A stretch of 64,000 bases of DNA, from NCBI GenBank assembly GCA_964187785.1, contig OZ076421.1, forward strand, positions 36,022,001-36,086,000, read 5' to 3'. The DNA is from Amphiscolops sp. MND2022. Its lineage: Eukaryota. Positions 26,021 through 37,671 of the stretch are shown here, piece after piece. Under the pieces are notes generated by a model. The model ran no database searches and was not told where the DNA came from. It saw only the letters and a list, made by a program, of their open reading frames with translations. Each line of letters opens with the position of its first letter. Positions within the stretch are counted from its first letter, which is position 1. The position numbers were made by a program, and so were the translations under genes.

Positions 26021-26900
26021 AACAAGACGAGAACGTCTAAAGTCGGCGCCATATCTAAGGCTCAAAAAACTCAAACTTCTTGAAATGGTAAAAGGTGGGA
26101 CCCTTTGGGTTTTTTCAAAATCCAATTTGTTGCGCGGTGTAACGTCTCTAAGATCGGATATAGTGTGCTGGGACAAATGGAAGCGCTTGTTTTCGAACCT
26201 CCGCCTCCTCCTTAGTAAAACAGAATATAATTCGTATATAACGTCAAAAGTTCGGATATAGTGCTTTACTCCATATTACATCCAAGTTTCGGGTAGTTTT
26301 AAAAAAAAAATTATTGGTGGATATATACTGAAAAAACCTAATTTCAGACAAAAAATGACAATTTTGAACAGTCTCATAGTGCCGAAAAATCTAAAAGAGG
26401 GGACCCTTTGGGATTTTTATATATCTATTATGTTGCAAAATATTTTAAAAATTGAAGGGGGGACCCTTTCGAGACATTAAAAAAATTTCGGAAAAAAACG
26501 AAAAATCGAAGAATAAGAATTTTGAGCCAGTCTCATAGTGCCGAAAAACTTGAAAGGGGAGACCCTTTGGGCTTTTCGAAACTTCAGTTTGCTGTAAAAT
26601 ATCGAAAAATTCGAAGGGGGGACCCTTTGGATACAAAAAAAAATTCGAAAAAAAGTCGCACAGTGCCGAAAAAAAACTCAACCCTATAGTCTCGTCCGGT
26701 TTTGTATCTTACGATAAAAATGGAGTTACTGAAAGGGGGACCCTTTGCACTATCTTAAATGCACTCCCCGTTTGCCGATCCAGTACTTAAGTAGTTTCTG
26801 TGAAAAGTGTCCACTACGCATACATTCTGTTATCTGACGAAAAAAAAACTAGCCACTGTAATAGTCGGGCTCATTTTCTTCTAAAATGCGCCGACTAAAA
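26021..26900 (+). mobile_element. Family-1 repeat in XYLB intron 2, with a nested ~200-bp insert
   Basis: aacaagacgagaacgtctaaagtcggcgcc at 26021; end hairpin tagtcgggctc..gcgccgacta at ~26861-26897. Insert ~26130-26330 resembles 62500-62610. Confidence 0.85.
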
Positions 26901-27015
26901 ATTAAAGAGGTCACGTTCAAGACTGGGAAAACGGTTTTCCTTAACTGGGACGTTAATACTGTTCATAGAGAGACGTCAAAGGAGCAAAGTGTCACGAATA
27001 ATCTAAAAACAAGTA

Positions 27016-27193
27016 CAGTAAACCCTCGATTATCCGCCACTCGATTATCCGCCACCTTTGGTTAACCGCCACAAATCTACGGGGACATTTTGCTATACCA
27101 CTCGTGTCTAAGCTCCCTTGATTAACCGCCACTCTCACTTATCCGCCATAATTCGCGCTGGACCGATGGTGGCGGATAATCGAGGGTTTACTG
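27016..27193. mobile_element. 178-bp pogo/Tigger-like MITE
   Basis: Perfect 25-bp TIR CAGTAAACCCTCGATTATCCGCCAC; TA on both sides (27014-15, 27194-95); six TTA(T/A)CCGCCA motifs. Confidence 0.93.
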
Positions 27194-27641
27194 TACGAGC
27201 AGCGAATCATTGATGTACGTGAATGTACACCTCTAAGTGCTGAAGTTTTATAATAAAAAATCATCAGAAACGTGAAAGACTCCTCAAAAGAGACATGGAA
27301 GACAGAAAAGTGGCACAAGTTGAAATTGAACCCACACGAAATGCTGGCGTTGAGCTTTTTGAGTCTTGAGCGGAGAGTCGTTTTATGCTGTTCTCGGCTC
27401 GTTTCAAACTAGACCTATTCGACCATAGTCTAAAATCTTTCAACCTAAAACGGCTAGTGCTTTAAAAGACTGTTGAATGAAGGATTTTCCTACATAATTC
27501 GTTCTGTAAATCATTCGTGGAAGGCATCACTAATTTTTCAAGTTATAGACATTCGTTTTCATGTTTAAATACGTTCGCACTCTCTTCAATATCGTTCCTT
27601 ACCCTTTAAAAACGTTAATGCAGCGTTTGGTTGATAAGTAG

Positions 27642-27837
27642 GTGAAAAGTCTATCTGGCTGTGGACAAATGCATGGCACAGTATACTGGAACAATTCGGC
27701 CCAAGACTCCCTGGCCCATCTTGACTCTACAAGAACCCTGGTTGAACAATTGGGGCAGTGTTTGGCTGTGCAGAAAAGCCCTGTGTGGGTGGATTCAAGT
27801 ACCACGGAACAGTGTGCGGAAATGGAAGCAGTTGTTG
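27642..27837 (+). CDS. XYLB: Xylulokinase exon 3
   Basis: VKSLSGCGQMHGTVYW...SPVWVDSSTTEQC; phases consistent. Confidence 0.93.
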
Positions 27838-28343
27838 GTAAGAATTGATTTTAATTCACTTATATTGAATACACTGCCTCTTGAAATAAAAATGTGCCTT
27901 CTATTGCTATTTTAAGTAAGAAATAGTGTTTTTTAGCGTTTCGGAATACGTTTTGGCTATAATTTTGAACACTTTCCGTGCGCAGATATATCAAACAAGA
28001 CGCCCACTGAACAGCGGGTATTTTCCGCCCTGAAATTCTTTAGCTACAGCACAATTTAAGGTCTTGAGCGGTAGTAGATACTCTACGTAATTTGCACAAA
28101 AATGAACCAGGTTGTCCTTCGTGCCTTACGAATTCTTGGAACTGACTTTTTCTAAATATATGTTAAATTAGCCAAAGAACGATCTAGTTCAATTTTTCTA
28201 TTCAAAGTGTTTGTTCAATATAAACGTTAAAATTTTTGTCGTAAGAAGCAAGGAGCAAAGCTTGATCTGTTTTGTATAGAATTTTCACTTGGCAGTTTTC
28301 TTGAGAAGCCATTTTGAACTTGTGTCTATGTTTATGTTTGCAG

Positions 28344-28458
28344 GAGGACCCCAGCAGATGGCGAAGATATCTGGATCCAAAGCCTACGAGAGATTTTGTG
28401 GACCTCAAATCAAATATATTCACAAGTATCACAAAGAGCAGTATGACAATACATTAAG
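28344..28458 (+). CDS. XYLB: Xylulokinase exon 4
   Basis: GGPQQMAKISGSKAYERFCGPQIK. Confidence 0.93.
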
Positions 28459-28892
28459 GTTATTCATTTAGTATAAATGTTTAGATACAGTGCTAAAAAT
28501 TCGAGGCGGTGAGTTCAAATTTCAGAAAGCAATAAATTTTTGGTGATTGTCTTTAATTCATCAATCCATAGGTGAAGTACTTTTCGAGTTCTGTATTTTA
28601 AACACAAATAATCGCGTAATTGTTCTCCAATTTAATCATTAGAGTTTTCTAGTGTTTGGCTTCCGCACACTTAACTGAAAAAGGTCGTGAATTGAAACAA
28701 AAGGAAAAACGCCGCTTTTACCTCACACTACAAATGTGTGGCACGGATCTAGAAAAACTCGTCGAAAAGCAATTCGCCGAAAATACTGCAGCAGTGAAAT
28801 TGTAGCTCAAGCTACAGTAAATCTCAGCCAAGTATAATGCTGATTTTGCGATGGTACTGTGTTCTTAACAAATATTACACAGTAAACTATAA

Positions 28893-29485
28893 AACAAGAC
28901 GGGAACGTCTAAAGTCGGCGCTATATCTAAGGCTCAAAAAAGCGGAAAGTTTTTAAACTTGTAAACGGGGGGACCCTTTCGACTTTTTGAAAATCCAGTC
29001 TGTTGCAAAATAAAGAAATGAAGGGGGGACTCTTTGGAGACATTGAAAAAATTCGAAAATTTTTTTTTGAAAAAATTTCGAAAAAAAACAAAAATGAGAA
29101 CTTTGAAACAGTCTCACAGTGCCGAAAAACTAGAAAGGGGGGTCCTTTGGGCTTTTTTGAAACTTCAGTTTGCTGCAAAATATCAAAAAACTTGAAGGGG
29201 GACCCTTTGGCGACAAAAAATATTTTTGAAAAAAAAGTCGCACAGTGCCGAAAAAATTCAAAGGGGGGACCCTGTAGTCCTGTCCGGTTTTGTATCTTAT
29301 GTTAAAAGTTGGGTACACGAAAGGGGCTTTGCACTAACTTAGATGCGTTTCCTAAGAAAGTTCGTTAGTTCTGTAGAAAAAGTGTCCACTACGCATACAT
29401 TCTGTGGTCTGACGAAAAAAAAACTTGCCACTGTAATAGTCGGGATCATCAAATGATGATCATTTTGATAAAATGCGTCGACTAA
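28893..29485 (+). mobile_element. Family-1 repeat in XYLB intron 4
   Basis: aacaagacgggaacgtctaaagtcggcgctatatc at 28893; end gcgtcgactaaaaa. Confidence 0.85.
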
Positions 29486-29785
29486 AAAAACATTTCATGC
29501 AATTACACAATTGAAAGGTCAAATTATGCAAAAAAGCTCTGACAATTTTCCGGATCGAGTAGTTGAAACTAATGCTAAATTAGCACTTCGTCATAAAATT
29601 TATATGAAACCCTTTAACCGACGGGTTAATAATTACTAATTGTTAATCTGTCTAATAATTCGTCGAGTTCGCTCCTAATTAATAATCGATGAGTTGGTTT
29701 TTGACCAGTTTTCCACTTTCATTTCGACGATTTTTCACGGGCATAATTTCCGCATACCATGTGACCTGTCCTGTTTTCATTTCAG

Positions 29786-30004
29786 AATAAGCATCGTGTC
29801 CAGTTTTGCATGCAGTCTCTTTGTGGGAACTTTTGCGCCCATCGACCTGGGAGATGCCTCTGGCACTAACCTGCTCAATACCTCCACTCTGGACTGGGAA
29901 CCACAACTGTTGGAGGTATGTGCTCCCCAACTGGCTGACAAACTGGGAAAACCGGTGCCTTCTTACACCAATGTGGGAAAAATTGCAAAATACTTCCGGG
30001 AACG
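29786..30004 (+). CDS. XYLB: Xylulokinase exon 5
   Basis: RISIVSSFACSLFVG..PIDLGDASGTNLL. Confidence 0.93.
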
Positions 30005-30155
30005 GTTAGTTTTTCAATGGTGAAACCAAATTGGGTGCTGACATTTGTTTTTCATTCTACTGACATACTTTTTTCGATCGATGAGTTGTAGTTTTCAATT
30101 TCCTTTCTTTCGAAATGGATTATTTTTTCAATAATTGAGTTTTCAACTTCATTTT

Positions 30156-30957
30156 TAGGAGTCGGAAAAAATTTTCGACTACTTATGCAATCGTGCTGTT
30201 TTTTTTTCTCCCGACCTTTTCATGAAAATTTCAAATTTCTCAAAAACTGTCCATACGATTTTCACGAAATTTTGCACAGTCATTCTACATCCAAAGGGGC
30301 CCCTGCGTGTGCAAAGGCATCAAAATCGTATGGCTGGGATGTGAGAAACATAGCCAAAATTAGCCCAAAAATGGCCAAAAAACAGCCATTTTTCGACTTT
30401 TTTCGATTTTCTCAAAAACTGTTCATACGATTCGAACGAAATTTTCTACAGTTATTCTACACCATATTAGAGTCCTATATGTGCAATGGCATCAAAATCG
30501 TATGGCTGGGATGTGAGAAACATAGCCAAAATTAGCCCAAAAATGGCCAAAAAACAGCCATTTTCCGACTTTTTTCGATTTTCTCAAAAACTGTCCATAT
30601 GATTCGAACGAAATTTTCTACAGTTATTCTACACCATATTAGAGTCCTATATGTGCAATGGCATCAAAATCGTATGGCTGGAATGTGAGAAACAGCCAAA
30701 ATTAGCCCAAAAATGGCCAAAAAACAGCCATTTTTCGACTTTTTTCGATTTTCTCAAAAACTGTCCATACGATTCGAACGAAATTTTTTACAGTTATTCT
30801 ACACCATATTAGAGTCCTATATGTGCAATGGCATCAAAATCGTATGGCTGGGATGTGAGAAACATAGCCAAAATTAGCCCAAAAATGGTCAAAAAAGGGC
30901 CATTTTTCGACTTCAGAAGGAAAAAGACCTAAGCCGACTCCTTTACCGCACATGCGG
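30156..30957 (+). mobile_element. Family-2 element: ~172-bp tandem array (about 4 copies) bracketed by short inverted repeats and a 3' hairpin
   Basis: caaaatcgtatggctgg at 30321, 30493, 30665, 30835; AGGAGTCGG (30157) / CCGACTCCT (30934); hairpin CCGCA-ca-TGCGG at 30946-30957. Confidence 0.8.
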
Positions 30958-31397
30958 CTCTGGTTTTGGCTTTCTTTATGTCAAACTTAACTCCGAGCAA
31001 AAGTTTTGTGAGTTTGTGGGACAAAAGTTACTCAAGCCCTAGGATTTTTATAATAGCAAATGAATGATGGTTCAAATTTACAGTTTTTAAACAGTTCTTT
31101 AACTTCTTTTAGTTCCACCTTTGGATATTTTTCGCCACTGGTATTTCCCAGAATTTTTTCTAAAACAGGTCTTTAGCGTATTTGAAGCATTTTGCGCCGA
31201 CTTTAAAAAATCTTCGCTTATGAAGAAATCCATCAAATATGGTTAACTATGTGAAATTTTTTGTTCCAGAAAAATCAGTTTGAGTCGAAACTGATGTAAT
31301 TAAAAAGTTTTGACATCAATTGATGACTGTTTTAAAAAGGTACAGGTATAAAATTTTGAAATATTATATTTTTACCTTACCAAATTCTATTTTATAG

Positions 31398-31790
31398 GTA
31401 CGGCTTCTCGGAGTCTTGTTCGGTGGCCACTTTCACGGGCGACAATTGTGCCTCTGTCGAAGGTCTTCGAGCTCGTCAGGGAGACCTCGTTGTCAGTTGT
31501 GGAACCAGCGACAACCTCATATTTCTGGGCGAGAACTTGCAAGCCAGTGTCTACGGCCACCTTTTCATCACGCCTCTGCAGTTGACCAGATTCTGTTTCA
31601 ACCTCTGCTACAAAAACGGGTCTTTGGTTCGTGAAGAATTCCAGCGCCACTTTTGTGACTCAAGCTGGCATGTTTTCGAACAAATGCTAGCAAAGACTCC
31701 AGTGGGCAATGATGGTTTTATTGGTTTGTTCTACTCCAAACCGGAACATATTCCCCAAAATGGGTTTGGGAAGTTCTTGTTTGATGCGAG
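31398..31790 (+). CDS. XYLB: Xylulokinase exon 6
   Basis: TFTGDNCAS..VVSCGTSD..CYKNGSLVRE. Confidence 0.95.
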
Positions 31791-32127
31791 GTAGTGTTAG
31801 CAGATGTACTAAAAATACTATCAATTCGTAAAAGTTTCACTTTTTTCATGAGTCTTCGTCGAACCTATTGGTATGAAACAGTACACGTCTATTCATTTGA
31901 ATACGTGCAACAGGATTTTTTGAGAAAAAATCAATCTAATGAATAACGAAAAGTTTGTCGAAAACAAAGTCGAATGAAGTTCAAAAGTCTTCATAAAACC
32001 GTTTTTCTGTTTTGAAAATTTTTATCTCAGTTTTTTTCGAGACATGAAGATGAATGTTTTATTTGAAGGTGCAACCAATCAAAATTGAGGTCTTTTTTTC
32101 AAATTTGCTAACTCTTCCTCACACCAG

Positions 32128-32545
32128 TGATATCCCTGTGGAGAAAATTTCTGTTGAAAACGAGCTAAGAGCCTTAGTCGAGGGTCAGTTTCTCATGAAG
32201 CGTGTTCATCTGGAAAAGCTAGCCGGTTTTTCCAGCATTCAGGTCAAACCCAGAATTCTGCTCACCGGTGGTGCTGCCAGGAACAAAGGATTGTGTCAGG
32301 TCATCGCTGACGTGTATGATGGAAATGTCTTCTATCTTGACATGCCCAATGCAGCGGCTTTGGGCAATGCATACAGAGCCAAGTTCAGTTTAAACCCCTC
32401 TCAAAATTATGATGATATGTTCAGCTCTGAGTGTGAACAATTTCAGCTGATTTGTAGTCCCAGACCCGGAGCTGTTGCAACGTACAAGAAAATGCTGCCG
32501 AGATTCGCAAGGATTGAAAAATTGCTGTTTGGAAGTGAAATATGA
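32128..32545 (+). CDS. XYLB: Xylulokinase exon 7 (last); spliced CDS 1614 nt, 537 aa
   Basis: Branch/acceptor gctaactcttcctcacaccag, phase 2; ELRALVEGQF, RILLTGGAARN, NAAALGNAYRA. Confidence 0.95.
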
Positions 32546-35500
32546 TAGTTTGGCTCAGTAGATTGTAGATTGATGATTTGTATCGTTTTTATCAAGTTGT
32601 AATTCCCCTGATATTCTTCATTCAGTGATTTTTTGCAAAGGTTCTAATTTCTGTTTTCAGTTTTGAAAAGGTTTCCGTTTTTAAAATACGTCTATCAAAA
32701 CAAAATTTACCCCGAGATAATTTGCGGTTCTGAAAAGGTTCCGTTGCCTTACATCAGACTATAGTTTCGAATAGATTTTTGTGTACCTGAAAAATCTAAA
32801 TTGCGTTCATAGTCCAGTTATCACATGAAAACGGGAAAAATATTTTTATGAGCGTAGTTATCACATATTTGTTGTTTATCACCTGGTTTTTCTTGATTAG
32901 TTGATTAAGAAAACGACAGTTCAGACACAGTCTCTTTATTTCATGAAGCGCCGACTAAAAATTAGGCCCTTGGTTAAAGTAGATTTTTTTCGGAAAGTCG
33001 CACAGTGCCTGGAACAATCCTCAAGGGAGGACCCTCTAATGGTATGTATGAATGAAATTGGTAAAAACTTGAACTCAGGTGGGAAACGAAGGCCTTTGTT
33101 CGGGAGTGGACTTTTTAATAAATGGACCACTCCTGTCATATCGTTCACCCGATACGTCTTCGCCGCATCTGGGTCGTTTTGGAAAAAACTGTGAATTGAA
33201 TATTGTGGCGATTCTAAGCATCGATTGATATGACCATCGACAAAATACTACAATTTAGAACTTGTCAAGGAAGAGTTAGGACATTTGAGAACGCAATTCA
33301 CAACCGCTTTAAATATTAACAGGCCAACATCAGCAGCCGATACGCAACTCGTTAGAGTTTGAAGAAACTTATAACACCATTTGACCATGAAACGGCAGTG
33401 AAGAGGAAATCTTCACGCAAGACGTGTAACTGGTGACGAGAAATGAATTTGATACCACACTATAGACAAATTGACTCATTCTCCAATGAAAAAATACATC
33501 ACTAAGTTAAGCAGTACGCATACAGTCGACAATGAGAATGTACCATCACTATTTAAACTTATGAAAGTTTAATCAAAAAATAATCCTCGAAGATTGATAG
33601 AAGTTATGAACCGGGAGCCCAGATAGTTTTCTAGAGCAAAGCCTGGAAGAGCTTGATAGTTTATTCTTTGTTGCATATTATTTGTGCATGCTAGTTGTAT
33701 GATTGCTTTGATAACATTCATCAATTTCCAACAAAATAGTTTATTTTTCACTCAATTAATACCCTCAACTAGTTTTCATTAACGTTTACTTTCGTTTAAA
33801 ATGCCGTTTTTAGTCGAATTTAAAAGAATAGTATTTAACTGAATAGTATTTAACGAATAACTAAATCCAAATACTTCATAACAGTTCGCCTACAATTTCA
33901 GTTGAGTGTCGTAAATCGGGTATACGATAATACCTTTGTTGAAACTTGCCCGCATCAAAATGAAGTTCAGCATATTGGCCCAAAACCCAAATACATTGGA
34001 ACAAAAAAATTTTGTACAAAACTTAAAAAAAAATTATTTTCAAAATAGTAAAGTACAACATATTCTTAACATCCCTGCATGTACATCATTTTAGCTAAAA
34101 CCGTATAATAAACTCCTGATACTGTGATCTCCATTCCACTTAACATGTTAAATATAAGTCTACCTCTGACTCAAGTTATTGATAGATTTGCTTCACCTGA
34201 TAGGTTTTCCTATCAGCTTCTTACAGCATGTTTAGGGAAGCAGTTTATTTATATCAGAACACAATAAAAACAATCATATCCAAAAAGGTGCAATTTCTTC
34301 CCACTTCGTGGTGCTCTTGTGCGCAATTTTTGTATGTACTCGGGAAACCTACTTAAAAGGAAAAGAGGTGCTCACTGTAGACGCTTCTGATGAATCAGTC
34401 AAATCAACGAGGGGCAGCAACCTCCTACCGCCTGCTGTCAACGAGGAAGTGCCTATATCACCGGGGCAACTCAGGTTTACTTAAGCGATATCCATGGCCA
34501 TGTCCAACGATTTGGCACCATTGATAGCCAGTAGGGACCAAACCAGAGCAAGGCCTACGGTATACAAAGGTACAAAAGATTTGACCATAGATGGAAGGCT
34601 CCTGCTAATGAAACGACTTGTTGTACATGCCAAGTCTACGAAAATTGACAGAGCATGGAAAGCATTGATCATTTGGAAGGAGAGGCAAGAAAGTACATCA
34701 ACAAATCCGAGCCGGAGCGAGACGGACCAGACAAAGTTTTTACTCTCATAGACAATAGATTTGGAATCGGGGGTAGAAGAATGCACGTACGACAAACTTC
34801 CACGTCGCGTGTTCAGCAAGAAAAGGAAGATTAAATACAAAACCTAGATGCTCTTGAAGGTCTACGAACCCAAGGGTTCCCTGAGGAGCCCATCACAACA
34901 TTGTCATGAAATCCCGCAACGCTTCACCGAAGGTGCTCGGGACCCAGCTATCGTGTATGCAGCAGAAAATTACCTGACCAATTCACCAACTACAAAATTG
35001 CTGCGATTTAAAACGTGACAACTTCAACCGTCCACCTCAAAACCTTATAATCCTAGATTTGCTATAAGGTCCGACCTCATCCTTACGTACCAGAAAAACT
35101 GATTGATCCTGCACCTGGAATGCCACAAAATTTGCTGCCCCCCAGTCCAGTACAGCAAAACTTGAAACCCGCGGCACCCCAACCTGGTGCCCTTTCCGCG
35201 AAGCAAATGCCAGCACCTCTACAACCGATGAGGGCTCCCAAGGAGTGTGCTTCAATTGTGGACAACCCGGCCACTTTGCCCGTTAGTGTCCAGCCAGAGA
35301 CCACTACAGGAAACTTGCTGCTCAATGATCAAATTATTTTCTGTGAGGATACGGTACTCAGAGTGTACCGGCCCCGTGTTTAGCGTTAACTGTGGTATCA
35401 CCGAGCACTCAGCCTCGCAATGTCAAAACGTGGCAGTGCAAGAGGATTTGTCCTAGAGCCTCTGGGCTGAACCGTCACCCGCTTCTGACACTACGACTGA

Positions 35501-37299
35501 TAGTGGAATGGTCTTGATGATACGACCAGCTGAAGCTGCCCATGTAGCGACACCTGTAACGATTACGTGTGGGAAAATTCAACGACAGAGAATTGTTGAG
35601 CCCACCACTTTTGACCAGTCTGGACGGACAATCAAATCAATCCGTCTGCTGCAAGCGGTTGAACGAGAGCAGCGACTCGAGTTGACCATAGAGTCTTTGG
35701 TAGACGAGATTTCCAACAATCCTAAAATGGCCATCTTACTCTTCTTCAACCTGTAGAATGGCAGGTGAAAGGTGTCACGTCAACGAATCATACCTATTGT
35801 CCAATCCCAGTGAAAGTGAACGCGATGGAGTGGGTATGCGATTGGGCACTACCGTGATTACAGATGCTTTTCCTCCTAGATTATGCCTTGGACCGCAGGA
35901 GTTGCGTTGCTACAACATTGACAAGCAAGACCCAACTAGAGAAGCAAGAATTGGTGAGCGTGCGTCGCTCGTGGTGACCTTCATCATTCCCGATGCTATA
36001 CCATCAACGCTACGAGGTCTCACAGACACCGGTTCTGGGGTCTCTATCTCAATTTTCCTACAATGCCTACAATCGATTGGCTGTGCACATGGGAACCCTT
36101 CTTCAACCTTTACGCTGCAAACGGAAAAACCGTCGGGACATTAGCTAAAAATATCTAATTCTAACTTTGTGGAAATGAGTTTGAAACCATTTTTGTCATC
36201 GTCGACGATGCGATGGTGTCGAGCACTTCCTGCTGGGCCGAAACTTCCTACGGGAATATCAGGTTTTGGTTGATATGACCGAAATGGAGGTCTTTGTCAG
36301 AGCCCGCTCCAAACCAGTTCGGTATCATGCGTACGCGCAAGTAAGTAACGAGTCGTTAAACGCATCGGTAGCTATAGCTGAACATGTTGTTCTGCAGCCT
36401 TTCGAATGTACTATTCTTCATGCAAAATTGCTTGCTGATAACTTAGAACCTTTCATTTTCAGAATGTTTTTATCAATTTCCACACTCCAAACCGGATTCT
36501 AAATCGGGTCATATTTTTAGAGGACACCGTGGTTGCTGTGAGCCAAACGGGTTTCCTTTACGTCAGCTTAGGAAACCTCACTAGTAACGTGCAAAGTGTC
36601 AAAAAGGGCGCCCTTATGGGAACAACAGTACCAGTGGTTTTGGTTTATAGAGTAATCGCTCAGGTTGCTCACGACCAACAAACTAAGAATCAATCTACTG
36701 CAAACTTTTTAAATATTTATGAACAAGTTAATATAAACACTAGCTCTGAATATAGCTCTTCTTCTGAATTCGAGTTTTTGTTATCCACTGATCCGTCGGA
36801 ACTCGGTTTGTCACTCGTTGCTGTTGTCCATCGTAGCAACAGCTGTGGCCTGTGGCGGCCTACGAAGAAGCACGAGCAGAGGCCTCCGAATACAGGAACG
36901 TGCCGCGGTCGTCCACCTAAGGCTGTTCGTTCTGGACCTAGACCTTTCGTCCAACGCAGCCCTTCATCATCATCAGAAACTGACACCTTGGCTCCTAAAA
37001 CTGGTTACTACAGATCAGGAATCCACTGCTCAACCTGCTACTACGCGCTATCGCCAACGACGTGATCGAATTCCGCGCTATCGCTGTGGAACTTGTGGCT
37101 TACGCGACTGCATGTGCAGTGGCCTGATTCAGGCGGAGTCTCTGATTAGTGCCCGGGGAGTCTTGATGAAAAGCATGCAAAATTGTTGCATCTTCTGTGG
37201 ACCGGATCTGTCGACTGGTCATACGAGCTGGAAAGACATATACGGGATGGGAGCGTTCTGTTTCCTTTTCTGTAGAATCTGTTTTAGCTTAATTGGCTG

Positions 37300-37671
37300 A
37301 TTCTGAAGTAGCCAATGCTCCTTGCCGCGATGTAAAGAATGAAGCCATGACCACTGAGGCTTGGAATTGACTCTCGCGGTCACCATTCCTCCTGTTGCTC
37401 CAAACATAGCTTTAAGAGAGAGCCTCTCAGATAGAGCCTTGTTCAGATAGTGCGTTGCATCACCGCTGACCTTCTTCATGATAAAAACGTTGTTGTTGCA
37501 GCCCCTAGTGACATATATTGGCCAGCAAAGATTTGGTTTGTTGCTCATCACAGCCTCTCATATCTCTGATCTTGTCCATCTGGACAGCTGCGCAGCTTTC
37601 TAGGTCTACAAAACCTGCGAACGGCCACCACTCCCGATCTCATTCTTTGTTTTCACGTCATCTACCTGTAT
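37300..37671 (-). pseudogene. Protein-kinase-like domain, decayed, antisense cargo of Gypsy element 1
   Basis: IQVDDVKTKNEIGSGGRSQV, SEI*EAVMSNKPNLCWPIYV, NVFIMKKVSGD, GM, then shifted frame HGFILYIAARSIG. Three stops and a frameshift; no DFG recognised. Confidence 0.5.

Noticed and set aside
22460-30535. Many 60-130-aa F/K/G/P-rich ORFs in repeats
   Set aside because: Translations of family-1 and family-2 repeat motifs, not genes.
32054-32127. XYLB last exon starting at the aag acceptor 32068
   Set aside because: Wrong phase; the acceptor at 32127 has a branch point and restores homology.
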